From positions 38,767 through 102,766 of the forward strand of contig CAKTYT010000002.1 of assembly GCA_934633695.1 (NCBI GenBank): a stretch of 64,000 nt of DNA. Reading direction: 5' to 3'. The translations under genes were made by a program, and so were the position numbers. Positions 39,571 through 48,672 of the stretch are shown piece after piece (the first letter of the stretch is position 1; each line of letters starts with the position of its first letter). The stretch comes from an uncultured Clostridia bacterium (GTDB lineage: Bacteria; Bacillota; Clostridia; Christensenellales; CAG-138). A model generated the notes under the pieces. It was given only the letters and a program-made list of their open reading frames with translations. It had not been told where the DNA came from and did no database searches.

Positions 39571-41202
39571 ATGAAAAGAAAACTAATTGCATTAATTACT
39601 GCATGCCTGTTTGCGGCATGTACTGTCACCCCGACACTCGCCCTGGGAAATGCCAACAGCAGGATAACGTCAACAACCGTTGGACCAATGCCGAGTGAAA
39701 GAGTCGAAAGGCAATGCGGCACTACGAAAAAAATGATAACATCGCTGCTCTCGCCAACACTCGATGAAAACTGCTCTGTCGCTGCCTCGCCCGCCGTAAG
39801 TTCCTATAACGAGCATGACGTTGCATTGATGAGACTGTTTCTTGAGATTACAGACTCAAACGGCATAAAAAACGGACAGAAGATCAATAACTATTCCGGC
39901 GTTGAATATGATGCAGACGATCCTTCAACGTGGGCCAATATCGATTGGACGGATGAAGGTGAGCTTGCCGTTGTTCATTTTTGGTCGATCAATTTCACGG
40001 AGTATGTAACCGACCCCGAAACCGGCTGGGAATACCCAACATCAAGTGAAATGCTGCTTGTAGGGGATCTTGACCTCAGCGGATGCCAAAGTCTTGTTGA
40101 CCTTAATGTGCCTCAAAACAATTTGACATCTGTTCGTGCCGATAACTGTCCTTCGCTGGAAATTTTTTATGCGGGCGAGCAGGGAGATTTTGTCGGTGCA
40201 GGTGATTCTGATCGCACTCTCGTTTATGTATCTGCCGATAATTGCCCGACTCTCTGGTACATCGGTGCACCAAACAATGATCTTGAACACTTCAGTTTTA
40301 AAAATGCACCAATGCTCGTCGAAGTCATGGTTGATAACAACCCGAGGCTTAGCGAGGTGAATATCAGCGAAAGTCCCGTGATTGAAGCATTTTCTGCCAA
40401 TAACACTGCGATTGCTTCCATAGATTTAAGCGGACGCAGCAGTCTTCTGCTCGTACATGCTGACAGCTGTCCGATAGAAAGCGTTAATCTTTCCAACTGC
40501 ACAGCAGATTTTGAATTGAGCGTTGCTTTCGCACGTACTTTGACAGAGTTAGATCTCTCCGACTGTACCGGTCTGAATGCACTCTATATTGACGACACCT
40601 CCGTTTCGCAATTAAACTTTGATGTTTGTTCAAATCTCCGTGCTGTATCAATCGGAAATTCACCGTTTGAAGAGATCGACCTGACGAACTGCCCCCTGAT
40701 CTATTGGTGCAACACAAATGCAGTCAATGAAACGCTGCATCAAGCAAAGCTGACCGTCGATGAACATGTTCTCACTATTTCCGCTGAAAACGGCTCCATT
40801 GGCTTAAGTTTCGCGTTCTTTAGCATTTATGATGATTCTTACGATCAGTCATCTGACTTTTTGAAAGTGTATTCCACAGCTCCGGTTGAAAATGATTTTA
40901 TCGGATGGGAAAGTCAATCCGGAGAAATCGTCAGCACGCAAACGGAGTTCATGCTCACTCCCGAATACATTGCTCAGGTTCATGCCGCTGATTTCTCCCT
41001 GACTGCAAGATATGCAGTCTCATTTCTTCCCGGAGATGCAAACCGTGACGGCGTAATCAACACGGAGGATGTGCTTTTGATCATGCGCAGTGCACTTGGT
41101 CTTCAGTCCGGAATCAGCATTGAGGTCTGCGATGTAAACAACAACGGCGTCATCGATATTGCAGACGCAGTTCTCGTCATGCGCAGCGTACTCGGACTTT
41201 AA
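39571..41202 (+). CDS. Secreted leucine-rich-repeat protein with C-terminal dockerin
   Basis: The signal peptide is MKRKLIALITACLFAAC. Repeated LxxLxxxxCxxL units follow (LDLSGCQSLVDLNV..., LDLSDCTGLNALYI...). The dockerin is GDANRDGVINTEDVLLIMR...DVNNNGVIDIADAVLVMR. GGAGG serves as the RBS. Confidence 0.85.
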   Translation: MKRKLIALITACLFAACTVTPTLALGNANSRITSTTVGPMPSERVERQCGTTKKMITSLLSPTLDENCSVAASPAVSSYNEHDVALMRLFLEITDSNGIKNGQKINNYSGVEYDADDPSTWANIDWTDEGELAVVHFWSINFTEYVTDPETGWEYPTSSEMLLVGDLDLSGCQSLVDLNVPQNNLTSVRADNCPSLEIFYAGEQGDFVGAGDSDRTLVYVSADNCPTLWYIGAPNNDLEHFSFKNAPMLVEVMVDNNPRLSEVNISESPVIEAFSANNTAIASIDLSGRSSLLLVHADSCPIESVNLSNCTADFELSVAFARTLTELDLSDCTGLNALYIDDTSVSQLNFDVCSNLRAVSIGNSPFEEIDLTNCPLIYWCNTNAVNETLHQAKLTVDEHVLTISAENGSIGLSFAFFSIYDDSYDQSSDFLKVYSTAPVENDFIGWESQSGEIVSTQTEFMLTPEYIAQVHAADFSLTARYAVSFLPGDANRDGVINTEDVLLIMRSALGLQSGISIEVCDVNNNGVIDIADAVLVMRSVLGL

Positions 41203-41214
41203 GCAAATGCGGTT

Positions 41215-41395
41215 TGCCCTTTCATTAAATTTGATCAGGCAACCATGGATACACACAGGCAAGATCGCCATGATCGCAGCCGCAGGCAAATAAGCCCTTT
41301 ACCATACAGTTTGAAGCACCATTGCTCCATGCATCGGTGCTTTTTATCATACAAAAAGCATGCAGTTAGCTCCTTGGAAGAATCTGCACGGTCCG
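41215..41395 (+). pseudogene. Decayed copy of the argF 3' end, its terminator and ~50 nt of downstream flank
   Basis: Codons 41252-41293 read HTGKIAMIAAAGK-stop, against arg[14 protein letters not shown]-stop. The following ~100 nt align with 38068-38180 at roughly 4 of 5 positions by eye. The aligned part includes a terminator hairpin at 41314-41346. Confidence 0.55.
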
Positions 41396-41514
41396 TCATT
41401 CAATTTCTTTTGACATGCGTGATTGCATGTTGTATAATTGACTTTGATTATCGTCTGCAATGCGGGCGTAAAACGGAAAGGGACTTTCCATACGGAAGGT
41501 TATGGTCGTAGGCT

Positions 41515-42993
41515 ATGAAACGCACAACAAAGCTCATCAAATCTGTCGCTGTAATAACGGCGGTGATAATTGCGGTGCTGTCCATCTCGGCATGTACCGG
41601 CGGTAAAGACGGGAATTTGGCAGGACCGGATGTTGAACACAGTATTGTTTATTTTAGCAAAACTTCTGATGAAACAAGCAGACTGTTGGTTGACAGCAAG
41701 CTGCTTGAAGACTATATCGCAGGCGGTATTGATGCATACCAGACCGTCGATGGCACAGTGGCAATCGTCCGTGCCGGTACCGGACTCTATCGCGTTGACA
41801 GTGAAAATATCAAAAAGATTTACCCCGCCGCTGTCGACAGGGCAGTTCTCTCCCTCGACAACGAATACATACTCTTTTCAACTGCGACGAATGTCTTTGT
41901 ATACGACAACAAAACAAACAATGTCACAAAAATTGAAGGTCTTGAGGCTGACAAGATAACGAGCCTTGTCATTTCGCCCTCCGCAAAAGCATTTGCATTC
42001 TCTGCTGTTAAGGATGACGTATGTACAGCTTACAAGTATATCGACGGTCAACTCAGTGTCATTTTCGAAGCAGCATGCATGGTTGCCATTTCAGATGACG
42101 GCAGCTTCGGCTACTATGTTGAATCCATCGGTCGTGAACTCACCAAGAAGCTTTACAGATTTGACGGCGATGAAACGAAGCTCGTTTCTGAATTTGCAGA
42201 GGCAAATTTTGAAATTAACCGTGACCTGAGCGAAATCACATTCGACATCGATGCAAAAACTCATTACAGCGTTTCAGGCAGCAAGGCCAAGAAGCTTGTC
42301 GATGCTTCCGTCATCACGACAGCAGGTGAACAGAGTTCCGTCATGGGTGGTGAATATTGTACAGTCAAGCTCAAAAATGCAGAGTCCATCTTTAGCTGCA
42401 TTTATTACACCGTCTACACTGCTCAGAATGCGGACAGCGAGAAAATCACCAAATACGATGTTTACTATGTAAATGCCTCCCATAAGGCAACTAAGCTCGT
42501 CGGCGGTGCAGAGCGTTTCAGCCGAGGTAATGACGGGACGACGATCGCTTGCCTCGTTAATGATAATCTGTACAAGGTTTCGGCATTCAATCCGCAGAAG
42601 CCCACGCTTATAGCCTCACAGGTCTATACCTATACTTGCGATAACGACCTTGAGAATTTCTATGCTGTCGACATGTACGCAACTCTTTACTACATTAAAT
42701 CCGGAACCAATCCCAAGGAGCTGCTCAGAAATGCGTATTTTGTCGTAATGACCAAGAGTGGCGTATGCCTGTGCATCAGCGATTACGAAGATAATTCCGG
42801 TACGCTTAAATGGGCAGTTGGCGAGGACATCGGCGAGGTTGCGAAGGGCGTTTACAGTGTTGAAGCACTCGCTGGAACGACGGTTTATTACTGCAACCCC
42901 GGCGAAAAGGAAGGTGTGTTTGACGTGTATGTAAGCGACGACAGCCTGAACTTTGAACTTGTCATCGAGCAGGCACAACTTGTTAAGAAATAA
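41515..42993 (+). CDS. Putative lipoprotein with beta-propeller-like repeats
   Basis: The product begins with a signal/anchor and the lipobox-like LSISAC. It carries repeated 'LY(R/K)xD...K(L/I)' blades. Confidence 0.7.
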   Translation: MKRTTKLIKSVAVITAVIIAVLSISACTGGKDGNLAGPDVEHSIVYFSKTSDETSRLLVDSKLLEDYIAGGIDAYQTVDGTVAIVRAGTGLYRVDSENIKKIYPAAVDRAVLSLDNEYILFSTATNVFVYDNKTNNVTKIEGLEADKITSLVISPSAKAFAFSAVKDDVCTAYKYIDGQLSVIFEAACMVAISDDGSFGYYVESIGRELTKKLYRFDGDETKLVSEFAEANFEINRDLSEITFDIDAKTHYSVSGSKAKKLVDASVITTAGEQSSVMGGEYCTVKLKNAESIFSCIYYTVYTAQNADSEKITKYDVYYVNASHKATKLVGGAERFSRGNDGTTIACLVNDNLYKVSAFNPQKPTLIASQVYTYTCDNDLENFYAVDMYATLYYIKSGTNPKELLRNAYFVVMTKSGVCLCISDYEDNSGTLKWAVGEDIGEVAKGVYSVEALAGTTVYYCNPGEKEGVFDVYVSDDSLNFELVIEQAQLVKK

Positions 42994-43024
42994 ACCCTTA
43001 TCGGCAAAAGACGGAGGAAACCGA

Positions 43025-44098
43025 GTGAAAAAAATACTGTCTGTTGTTTTAGCACTGCTGATCTCTGTTTCTTTCCTGTCGGCATGCATGAGACAGGGTG
43101 AAGTTTCCCCTTCCCCCCTGCCTTATTCAAGCCAAACCCCCGGTTTGACGGAGAAGCCAGCACCGACCGCAGAACCGACGCAGGTTCCGTATGCGTTTGA
43201 AATCGACTACCGCAAGTGTCCCAGGCTTCTTGAAACCGAACTCGGCAGCGGCATTATCAACCTTGCTCGACTTACTATAGATGCCTTTCTTTCCGGCGAG
43301 GACAGCGTTGTTCTGCCGAATCTTGAGAGCTCCGGGAACATTTCAATGCTCCTTTATGCCATATCGGTCATGTGCCCTCCATTCAGTGCCTATACCGATG
43401 CAAATGAACTTAAAAGCTACGATGTGCAGACAAGAACGCTGAGCTGGAAATTCTACGATGGCGACGGAACGCGAGAAGAAGTTCTGGTCGGGTTTGAAAA
43501 TTGTATCAAAGAACAGTACATGAGCATTCTTTCTTCCAACGACACCGAACTTATGCGTGCCATCCTTCTCTACCATGCTTACACGGAGGACATGGCGTAT
43601 GATTATGATGCGTTCAATATGACCGAGATTGATGGAACCGACCCGGTCATGCGTATCAGGCTCTCAGGGTACAATGCAATCATGGGCAAGTCCGGCATTT
43701 GTACAGGGATTTCAGAGGGACTTTGCTTTCTCTTCATTCAAGCGGACATAAATTGCTGTCCGATAAACTGTTTTGAGGGTGAATCCGGTGCCCATGAGTG
43801 GCTGATGGCAGAGTTCGGAGGAAAATACTATTTTTGTGACCCAACTTGGGAAACGAACGGGGGTCTTAAGTACTTTGGACTATCTGCGGATGACAGGGCA
43901 TCTTGGGCAGGCGGCTATCTTGAGCAGAATATGCTTATCTTCTATAAATCAATTGCGGGCAGATACCGAGCAGATGACTCCGAACGTTTTTCAGCTCTCA
44001 GATGGATTGAAAGCACTCCCGATGAAATAGTACGGGAGGGTACCTCCATACTGATAAAAAACAATGGTGTCGAACCGATAACAATAGACTGTAAATAA
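43025..44098 (+). CDS. Putative lipoprotein with transglutaminase-like Cys-His-Asp core
   Basis: The GTG start follows GGAGG by 8 nt. VKKILSVVLALLISVSFLSAC is the lipoprotein signal. GKSGICTGISEGLCFLF...GAHEWLMAEFGGKYYFCDPTWE matches the transglutaminase-core C/H/D spacing. Confidence 0.7.
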   Translation: MKKILSVVLALLISVSFLSACMRQGEVSPSPLPYSSQTPGLTEKPAPTAEPTQVPYAFEIDYRKCPRLLETELGSGIINLARLTIDAFLSGEDSVVLPNLESSGNISMLLYAISVMCPPFSAYTDANELKSYDVQTRTLSWKFYDGDGTREEVLVGFENCIKEQYMSILSSNDTELMRAILLYHAYTEDMAYDYDAFNMTEIDGTDPVMRIRLSGYNAIMGKSGICTGISEGLCFLFIQADINCCPINCFEGESGAHEWLMAEFGGKYYFCDPTWETNGGLKYFGLSADDRASWAGGYLEQNMLIFYKSIAGRYRADDSERFSALRWIESTPDEIVREGTSILIKNNGVEPITIDCK

Positions 44099-44105
44099 TC
44101 CTTAC

Positions 44106-44140
44106 AAAATCGCCGCAAGCCACTCGGTTTGGGCGATTTT
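44106..44140 (+). terminator. Probable terminator after the transglutaminase-like gene
   Basis: The stem AAATCGCC/GGCGATTT is followed by a short T-run. Confidence 0.55.
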
Positions 44141-44165
44141 AAGCAAACCCCGAAAGGAATGGAAA

Positions 44166-44858
44166 GTGGAGCAAAAATTGATTGACGTAAACGGCATTCC
44201 CGCCGTTGTCTTTGGTAAAAAATCAAATAAATCCTACATTTATGTTCACGGCAGGTGCGGCAATAAATTCGTTGCCGAGACTTTTGCAGGCATTGCGGAG
44301 GAAAGGGGCTATCAGACCATTGCGTTCGACCTTCCCGAGCACGGCGACCGTCATGACAGTAGGCGTCTCGATGTTTGGGACGGAACTTCTGACCTCACTT
44401 CAATAGCTGAGTACGTTTTTTCACGGTACGATGAGGTATCTCTCTACGGCTGCAGTATAGGTGCCTATTTTTCCCTGGTATGCATGGCGGATAAAAAACT
44501 CGTCAGATGCCTCTTTCAGTCACCGATAGCGGACATGAAGTGGCTCGTCACAAGCATGATGCGTTGGAACAACGTTGATGAAGAGCGTCTCAGGCGGGAA
44601 GGAGAAATCAAAACACCCACCGAACCGCTCCGGTATGACTTTTATCGGTACATTATGGACAACCCACTGCCGGAATGGAAGCACAAAACATTTATCCTCT
44701 GCGGAGCAAAGGATGAGCTTCAGCCCATTGAGTCTATCAAAGCCTTTGCGAAACGCTCCGGAGCAGTGCTGACCATAGCAGAGAACAGCGGTCATGCATT
44801 CATGGAGGAAGGCGATTCACAAATCGTTGAAAAATGGTTGAGAGAAAACATACGTTAA
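44166..44858 (+). CDS. Alpha/beta hydrolase family protein
   Basis: The nucleophile elbow is GCSIG (GxSxG), and a late ENSGHAF His is present. The GTG start is uncertain. Confidence 0.7.
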   Translation: MEQKLIDVNGIPAVVFGKKSNKSYIYVHGRCGNKFVAETFAGIAEERGYQTIAFDLPEHGDRHDSRRLDVWDGTSDLTSIAEYVFSRYDEVSLYGCSIGAYFSLVCMADKKLVRCLFQSPIADMKWLVTSMMRWNNVDEERLRREGEIKTPTEPLRYDFYRYIMDNPLPEWKHKTFILCGAKDELQPIESIKAFAKRSGAVLTIAENSGHAFMEEGDSQIVEKWLRENIR

Positions 44859-45373
44859 AGAATCTTCCGAATACAGTTACTGCATTTAGAATCGCAGGGG
44901 CGTTTGCACTGCTGTTCGCACAAACGGGAAGCACAGCCTTCTTTGCACTTTACTTGCTCTGCGGTTTGACCGATATTCTCGACGGATTTCTCGCAAGACA
45001 GCTGCAGGCCGCAAGCAAATTCGGAAGTAAGCTCGACAGCATTGCAGATCTTTTGTTTGCACTTTCCTGTGCGATAAAGTTTCTTTCTGTCATTAGGCTT
45101 AACGTATTGCAAACGACGATCCTGAGTCTCGTTGTGTGCATTAAGCTTCTGTCATTCTTTATCTCAATTATTAGACGGCAGAAAAGAGGCTCTGTGTATT
45201 TTTTCCACACTGTAGCAAACAAAATTACCGGCTGCATTGTATTTGCGGGACTTCCGATGCTGTTTTCGCCCTATGAACAGTTTGCGTTGGCGATAATGCT
45301 GCTCTCTGCTGCTTTCGCTTCCATACAGGAGCTTGTTTTCAACATCTGCAATGCGGAAATTGCGGAAAACTGA
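44834..45373 (+). CDS. CDP-alcohol phosphatidyltransferase family protein (small, membrane)
   Basis: The motif DILDGFLARQLQAASKFGSKLDSIADL fits D-G-x2-A-R-x8-G-x3-D-x3-D. The gene overlaps the hydrolase gene by 25 nt. Confidence 0.75.
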   Translation: MVERKHTLKNLPNTVTAFRIAGAFALLFAQTGSTAFFALYLLCGLTDILDGFLARQLQAASKFGSKLDSIADLLFALSCAIKFLSVIRLNVLQTTILSLVVCIKLLSFFISIIRRQKRGSVYFFHTVANKITGCIVFAGLPMLFSPYEQFALAIMLLSAAFASIQELVFNICNAEIAEN

Positions 45374-45452
45374 GCGAAAGCTTCGGGCGGATCCGAAAAA
45401 GAACATTAAATATTCAAAAATTGTTTACACAAAAGCACGGAGGTATCGACTG

Positions 45453-46226
45453 ATGAACCAAATAATTTCGGACAGGCTCTGCCTCAGCTCCATCGGAGAC
45501 GACTGCAACACTCTTGCATCGAAATACGGTCTTGGAATTGAAATTGCAGAGTTCTGCTATGCACTGAACCTCGACAGTGAATACGAAAAGCATCTTGACA
45601 TTGCAAGGAAACTGCTCAACGGAACAAATGCAGAAGCTGCATGGTTTCATGCACCGTTTGCCGACATTGCCGCATGTGCCATCGACCCAAAGGTTCGTGA
45701 AGTCACTAAATTACGTTATGATCAATCGATTAAAACGGCCTGTACTCTCGGAATAAACAAAATAGTGATCCACGGCGGTTATATTCCCTATGTATATTAC
45801 GAAGAAAGTTATGTTGAACAGAGCATACTCTTTTTTCGAGACTTTGTTCAAAGGGTCCCCGGAAATATGATCATTGCTCTTGAAAATGTCATGGAGCCGT
45901 CTCCCGACATGCTGATAAGGATTGTCGAGGGCGTAAACGATAAACGAATCGGACTTTGTCTCGATGTTGGCCATGCAAACAGCGAAATATCCCGCATTCC
46001 ACCGATGGAATGGATTGAGCCCATGGCACCGTATCTCAAACATGTTCACCTTCATAACAATTACGGCGGGCGTGACTTGCACAATTCATTGGGCGAAGGC
46101 ACTATCTCCATTCGAGATTTGCTGTTGAAAATAACAGATCTCTGCCCCGTAGCAAGTTTTACTCTTGAAACCATGCACTGCGAGCCTTCGGTCGAGTGGC
46201 TTGAAACCAATGGATTTATTGGTTAA
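45453..46226 (+). CDS. Xylose-isomerase-like / AP-endonuclease-2 TIM-barrel protein, candidate cobamide-remodelling CbiR homologue
   Basis: The ATG at 45453 follows GGAGG. The TIM-barrel pattern includes IVIHGG...ALENV...LCLDVGH. The gene sits directly upstream of cobT. Confidence 0.7.
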   Translation: MNQIISDRLCLSSIGDDCNTLASKYGLGIEIAEFCYALNLDSEYEKHLDIARKLLNGTNAEAAWFHAPFADIAACAIDPKVREVTKLRYDQSIKTACTLGINKIVIHGGYIPYVYYEESYVEQSILFFRDFVQRVPGNMIIALENVMEPSPDMLIRIVEGVNDKRIGLCLDVGHANSEISRIPPMEWIEPMAPYLKHVHLHNNYGGRDLHNSLGEGTISIRDLLLKITDLCPVASFTLETMHCEPSVEWLETNGFIG

Positions 46227-46239
46227 AATTTAAAAGAAT

Positions 46240-47355
46240 ATGAATGAAATAGAATTAAAAGAAATACTGAGTGGGATCCTTCCTCTTTATGATCATGCGG
46301 TGAGGGCCGCCGTACTCCGCCAGCAGGAGCTTGCAAAACCGCCTGAGAGTCTCGGTAAGCTGGAGGACATTTCAATCAGACTCGCAGGAATAACCGGAAG
46401 AGTGCAAAACAAAATCGAACGTACTCGTATCATCGTCTTTGCGGCGGATAACGGTATAGTGAACGAGGGCGTTGCCTCAACCCCTCAATCAGTCACGCTG
46501 CTGCAGTCAATAAACATGACACGCCACATAACGGGTATGTCAGCAATTGCCGCTTGTTTCGGAACCGAAGTCGAGGTTATCGACGTTGGAATAGCATCGG
46601 AGGGAGTTCCTCCCGTCATTCTTAACAGAAAAATTCGTTTGGGAACACGCAATTTTGCTCTTGAGCCCGCAATGACGCGTGATGAAGTGCTGTCTGCGAT
46701 CGCGGTTGGTATTGAAGCCGCAAAAGCGGCGAAAATGGCCGGTGTTGATGCAGTCGGAATAGGTGAAATGGGAATCGGAAACACGACCACTTCAGCGGCC
46801 GTGCTTGCTGCACTCACGGGGGAAGCGGTTGAAAGAGTTACCGGACGCGGAAGCGGACTCACAGATGCAGCATTTGAACTTAAAAAGAAAGTAATTTCGG
46901 ATGCTCTGCTGCTGCATTCTCCCAATGCAGACGACCCGACCGACGTCCTCTGCAAAGTCGGCGGTCTTGACATTGCCGCCATGACGGGTGCATATATCGG
47001 ATGTGCGTATTACAGAATTCCTGTCGTTATTGACGGCTTAATTTCGGTTACGGCGGCACTCACCGCTTCGCGGCTGTCGAAAGATACCAAAGCCTTCATG
47101 TTTCCCTCCCATGCCTCGATGGAGACAGGCTGCCGCATTGCCGAAAAAGAGCTTGGAATTGAACCATGGCTGAGGCTTAACATGCGGTTGGGCGAAGGAA
47201 GCGGTTGTCCGCTGTCTTTTCAGATCATGCGGGCGGCATGTGCGGCGATGAACGGAATGGCAACCTTTTCCGAAGCAGCTATAAACGACGAGTACCTTGA
47301 AGGCATACGCGATAGCTCGGCATTCATGTCGTTGACGGAGCGTGAAGGACAATGA
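46240..47355 (+). CDS. cobT: Nicotinate-nucleotide--dimethylbenzimidazole phosphoribosyltransferase
   Basis: The motifs GEMGIGNTT and LGEGSGC are typical of CobT. Confidence 0.93.
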   Translation: MNEIELKEILSGILPLYDHAVRAAVLRQQELAKPPESLGKLEDISIRLAGITGRVQNKIERTRIIVFAADNGIVNEGVASTPQSVTLLQSINMTRHITGMSAIAACFGTEVEVIDVGIASEGVPPVILNRKIRLGTRNFALEPAMTRDEVLSAIAVGIEAAKAAKMAGVDAVGIGEMGIGNTTTSAAVLAALTGEAVERVTGRGSGLTDAAFELKKKVISDALLLHSPNADDPTDVLCKVGGLDIAAMTGAYIGCAYYRIPVVIDGLISVTAALTASRLSKDTKAFMFPSHASMETGCRIAEKELGIEPWLRLNMRLGEGSGCPLSFQIMRAACAAMNGMATFSEAAINDEYLEGIRDSSAFMSLTEREGQ

Positions 47356-47906
47356 AGATCCTTTTAGTCGGCGGAAGCAAGAGCGGCAAGAGCCACCTTG
47401 CACAGAGTATTTCAAAGGGACTTGCCTGCGGCGGAAGGCTTATCTATTGGGCAACTATGGAACCCGTGGATGAGGAAGACCGTCTGCGTATAAAAAAACA
47501 TCTTATCGACCGCTGCGGATGGGGATTTGAAACCGTTGAATGCGGAAAAAATCTCTCTCTGGCAGCGGACAAGGTCCGTGGTGCTTCATGCGTTCTGTTT
47601 GACAGTTTAACAGCAGTGCTTGCAAACGAAATGTTTTGTCCCGAAAAAGGCTTTGACAAAACTGCACCGGATCGAGTCGTCAGCGAACTGTCGATGCTTT
47701 CTGACTGCCCTGCAAACATCGTTTTCGTCTGTGACGACATCTTTCGCGACGGTAAAGAGTATGACGAATGGACTGAAGCATACATGAAAGGCCTTGCCTT
47801 AATTTGCAGGAGTGCCGCAAACACCTGCGACATCGTCGCCGAAGTTGTATCAGGCATTGCAGTGGTCCATAAGGGTGCAGAAGAATTTGTGAGGATAATG
47901 AAGTGA
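47352..47906 (+). CDS. cobU: Adenosylcobinamide kinase / adenosylcobinamide-phosphate guanylyltransferase
   Basis: MKILLVGGSKSGKSHLAQ contains the P-loop GGSKSGKS. The gene is coupled to cobT by a 4-nt overlap. Confidence 0.9.
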   Translation: MKILLVGGSKSGKSHLAQSISKGLACGGRLIYWATMEPVDEEDRLRIKKHLIDRCGWGFETVECGKNLSLAADKVRGASCVLFDSLTAVLANEMFCPEKGFDKTAPDRVVSELSMLSDCPANIVFVCDDIFRDGKEYDEWTEAYMKGLALICRSAANTCDIVAEVVSGIAVVHKGAEEFVRIMK

Positions 47907-48661
47907 AAAAATATTTCTATGGTTTTTTTATGGCATGGGGAATGTTTCTGGCAATTCCCTGTCCCTTTCCTAAGTGGAGTGAAAACGCAAGGCGGCAAAT
48001 GCTCTGCTGTCTGCCCGTTATCGGCTGCATTGTCGGGGGCATATGGGCAGGAGCATGGGTTCTTTTGGGCAAAGCTCACTTCATTCCCGCAGCGGTAAGG
48101 GCTGTCGTGCTTGCGGCTCTGCCGTGGTGTTTGACCGGATTCATGCACCTTGACGGGTTTATGGATGTTTGCGATGCAGTGCTTTCAAGGCGTGACCTTG
48201 AAACCAGACGCAGGATCCTGAAGGATTCGCATTGCGGAGCGTTTGCAGTTATTTGCACTGCACTGCTGATACTATTCCAATGGAGTCTTTTTTGCTCCGT
48301 TGAAGATTGCAGCGGACTTTTGCTTCCGCTTGCACTCATCCCGCCCTCCGTGCGATCCGTTTGTGCATTGTCCGTACTCACCTTAAAACCCATGCAGAGC
48401 AGTCAATATGCGGAGACAGAACACGATAAAAAATCAGTGTTCATCGTTTCCGCAATGCTGGCCGCATTGACGCTGCCTTTGGCCGTTTTTGGCTGCAAGG
48501 CAGGTTCTTTTTCACTCGCTCCGCTTATCTCTGTTCTTGCATGCTCCGCAGCGATATGGCACGGATACAAGCAGCTTGGCGGCATGTCCGGAGATATTTC
48601 AGGCTTTGCACTCACGATTGGTGAAGCGGCCGGAGTTGCTGCTCTGGTGCTTTTGAAGTAG
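47903..48661 (+). CDS. cobS: Adenosylcobinamide-GDP ribazoletransferase (cobalamin synthase)
   Basis: The product is a polytopic membrane protein with the HLDGFMDVCDA motif. The gene overlaps cobU by 4 nt. Confidence 0.9.
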   Translation: MKKYFYGFFMAWGMFLAIPCPFPKWSENARRQMLCCLPVIGCIVGGIWAGAWVLLGKAHFIPAAVRAVVLAALPWCLTGFMHLDGFMDVCDAVLSRRDLETRRRILKDSHCGAFAVICTALLILFQWSLFCSVEDCSGLLLPLALIPPSVRSVCALSVLTLKPMQSSQYAETEHDKKSVFIVSAMLAALTLPLAVFGCKAGSFSLAPLISVLACSAAIWHGYKQLGGMSGDISGFALTIGEAAGVAALVLLK

Positions 48662-48672
48662 GAGGTACAAAT

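Noticed and set aside
44099-44165. Cobalamin riboswitch ahead of the cob cluster
   Set aside because: Only ~25 nt separate the upstream terminator from the first gene. That leaves no room for a ~200-nt B12 element, and I saw no B12-box-like sequence.
47444-48148. 234-aa minus-strand ORF
   Set aside because: It is antisense to cobU/cobS, and its sequence is Pro/Ser/Arg-rich and unnatural.
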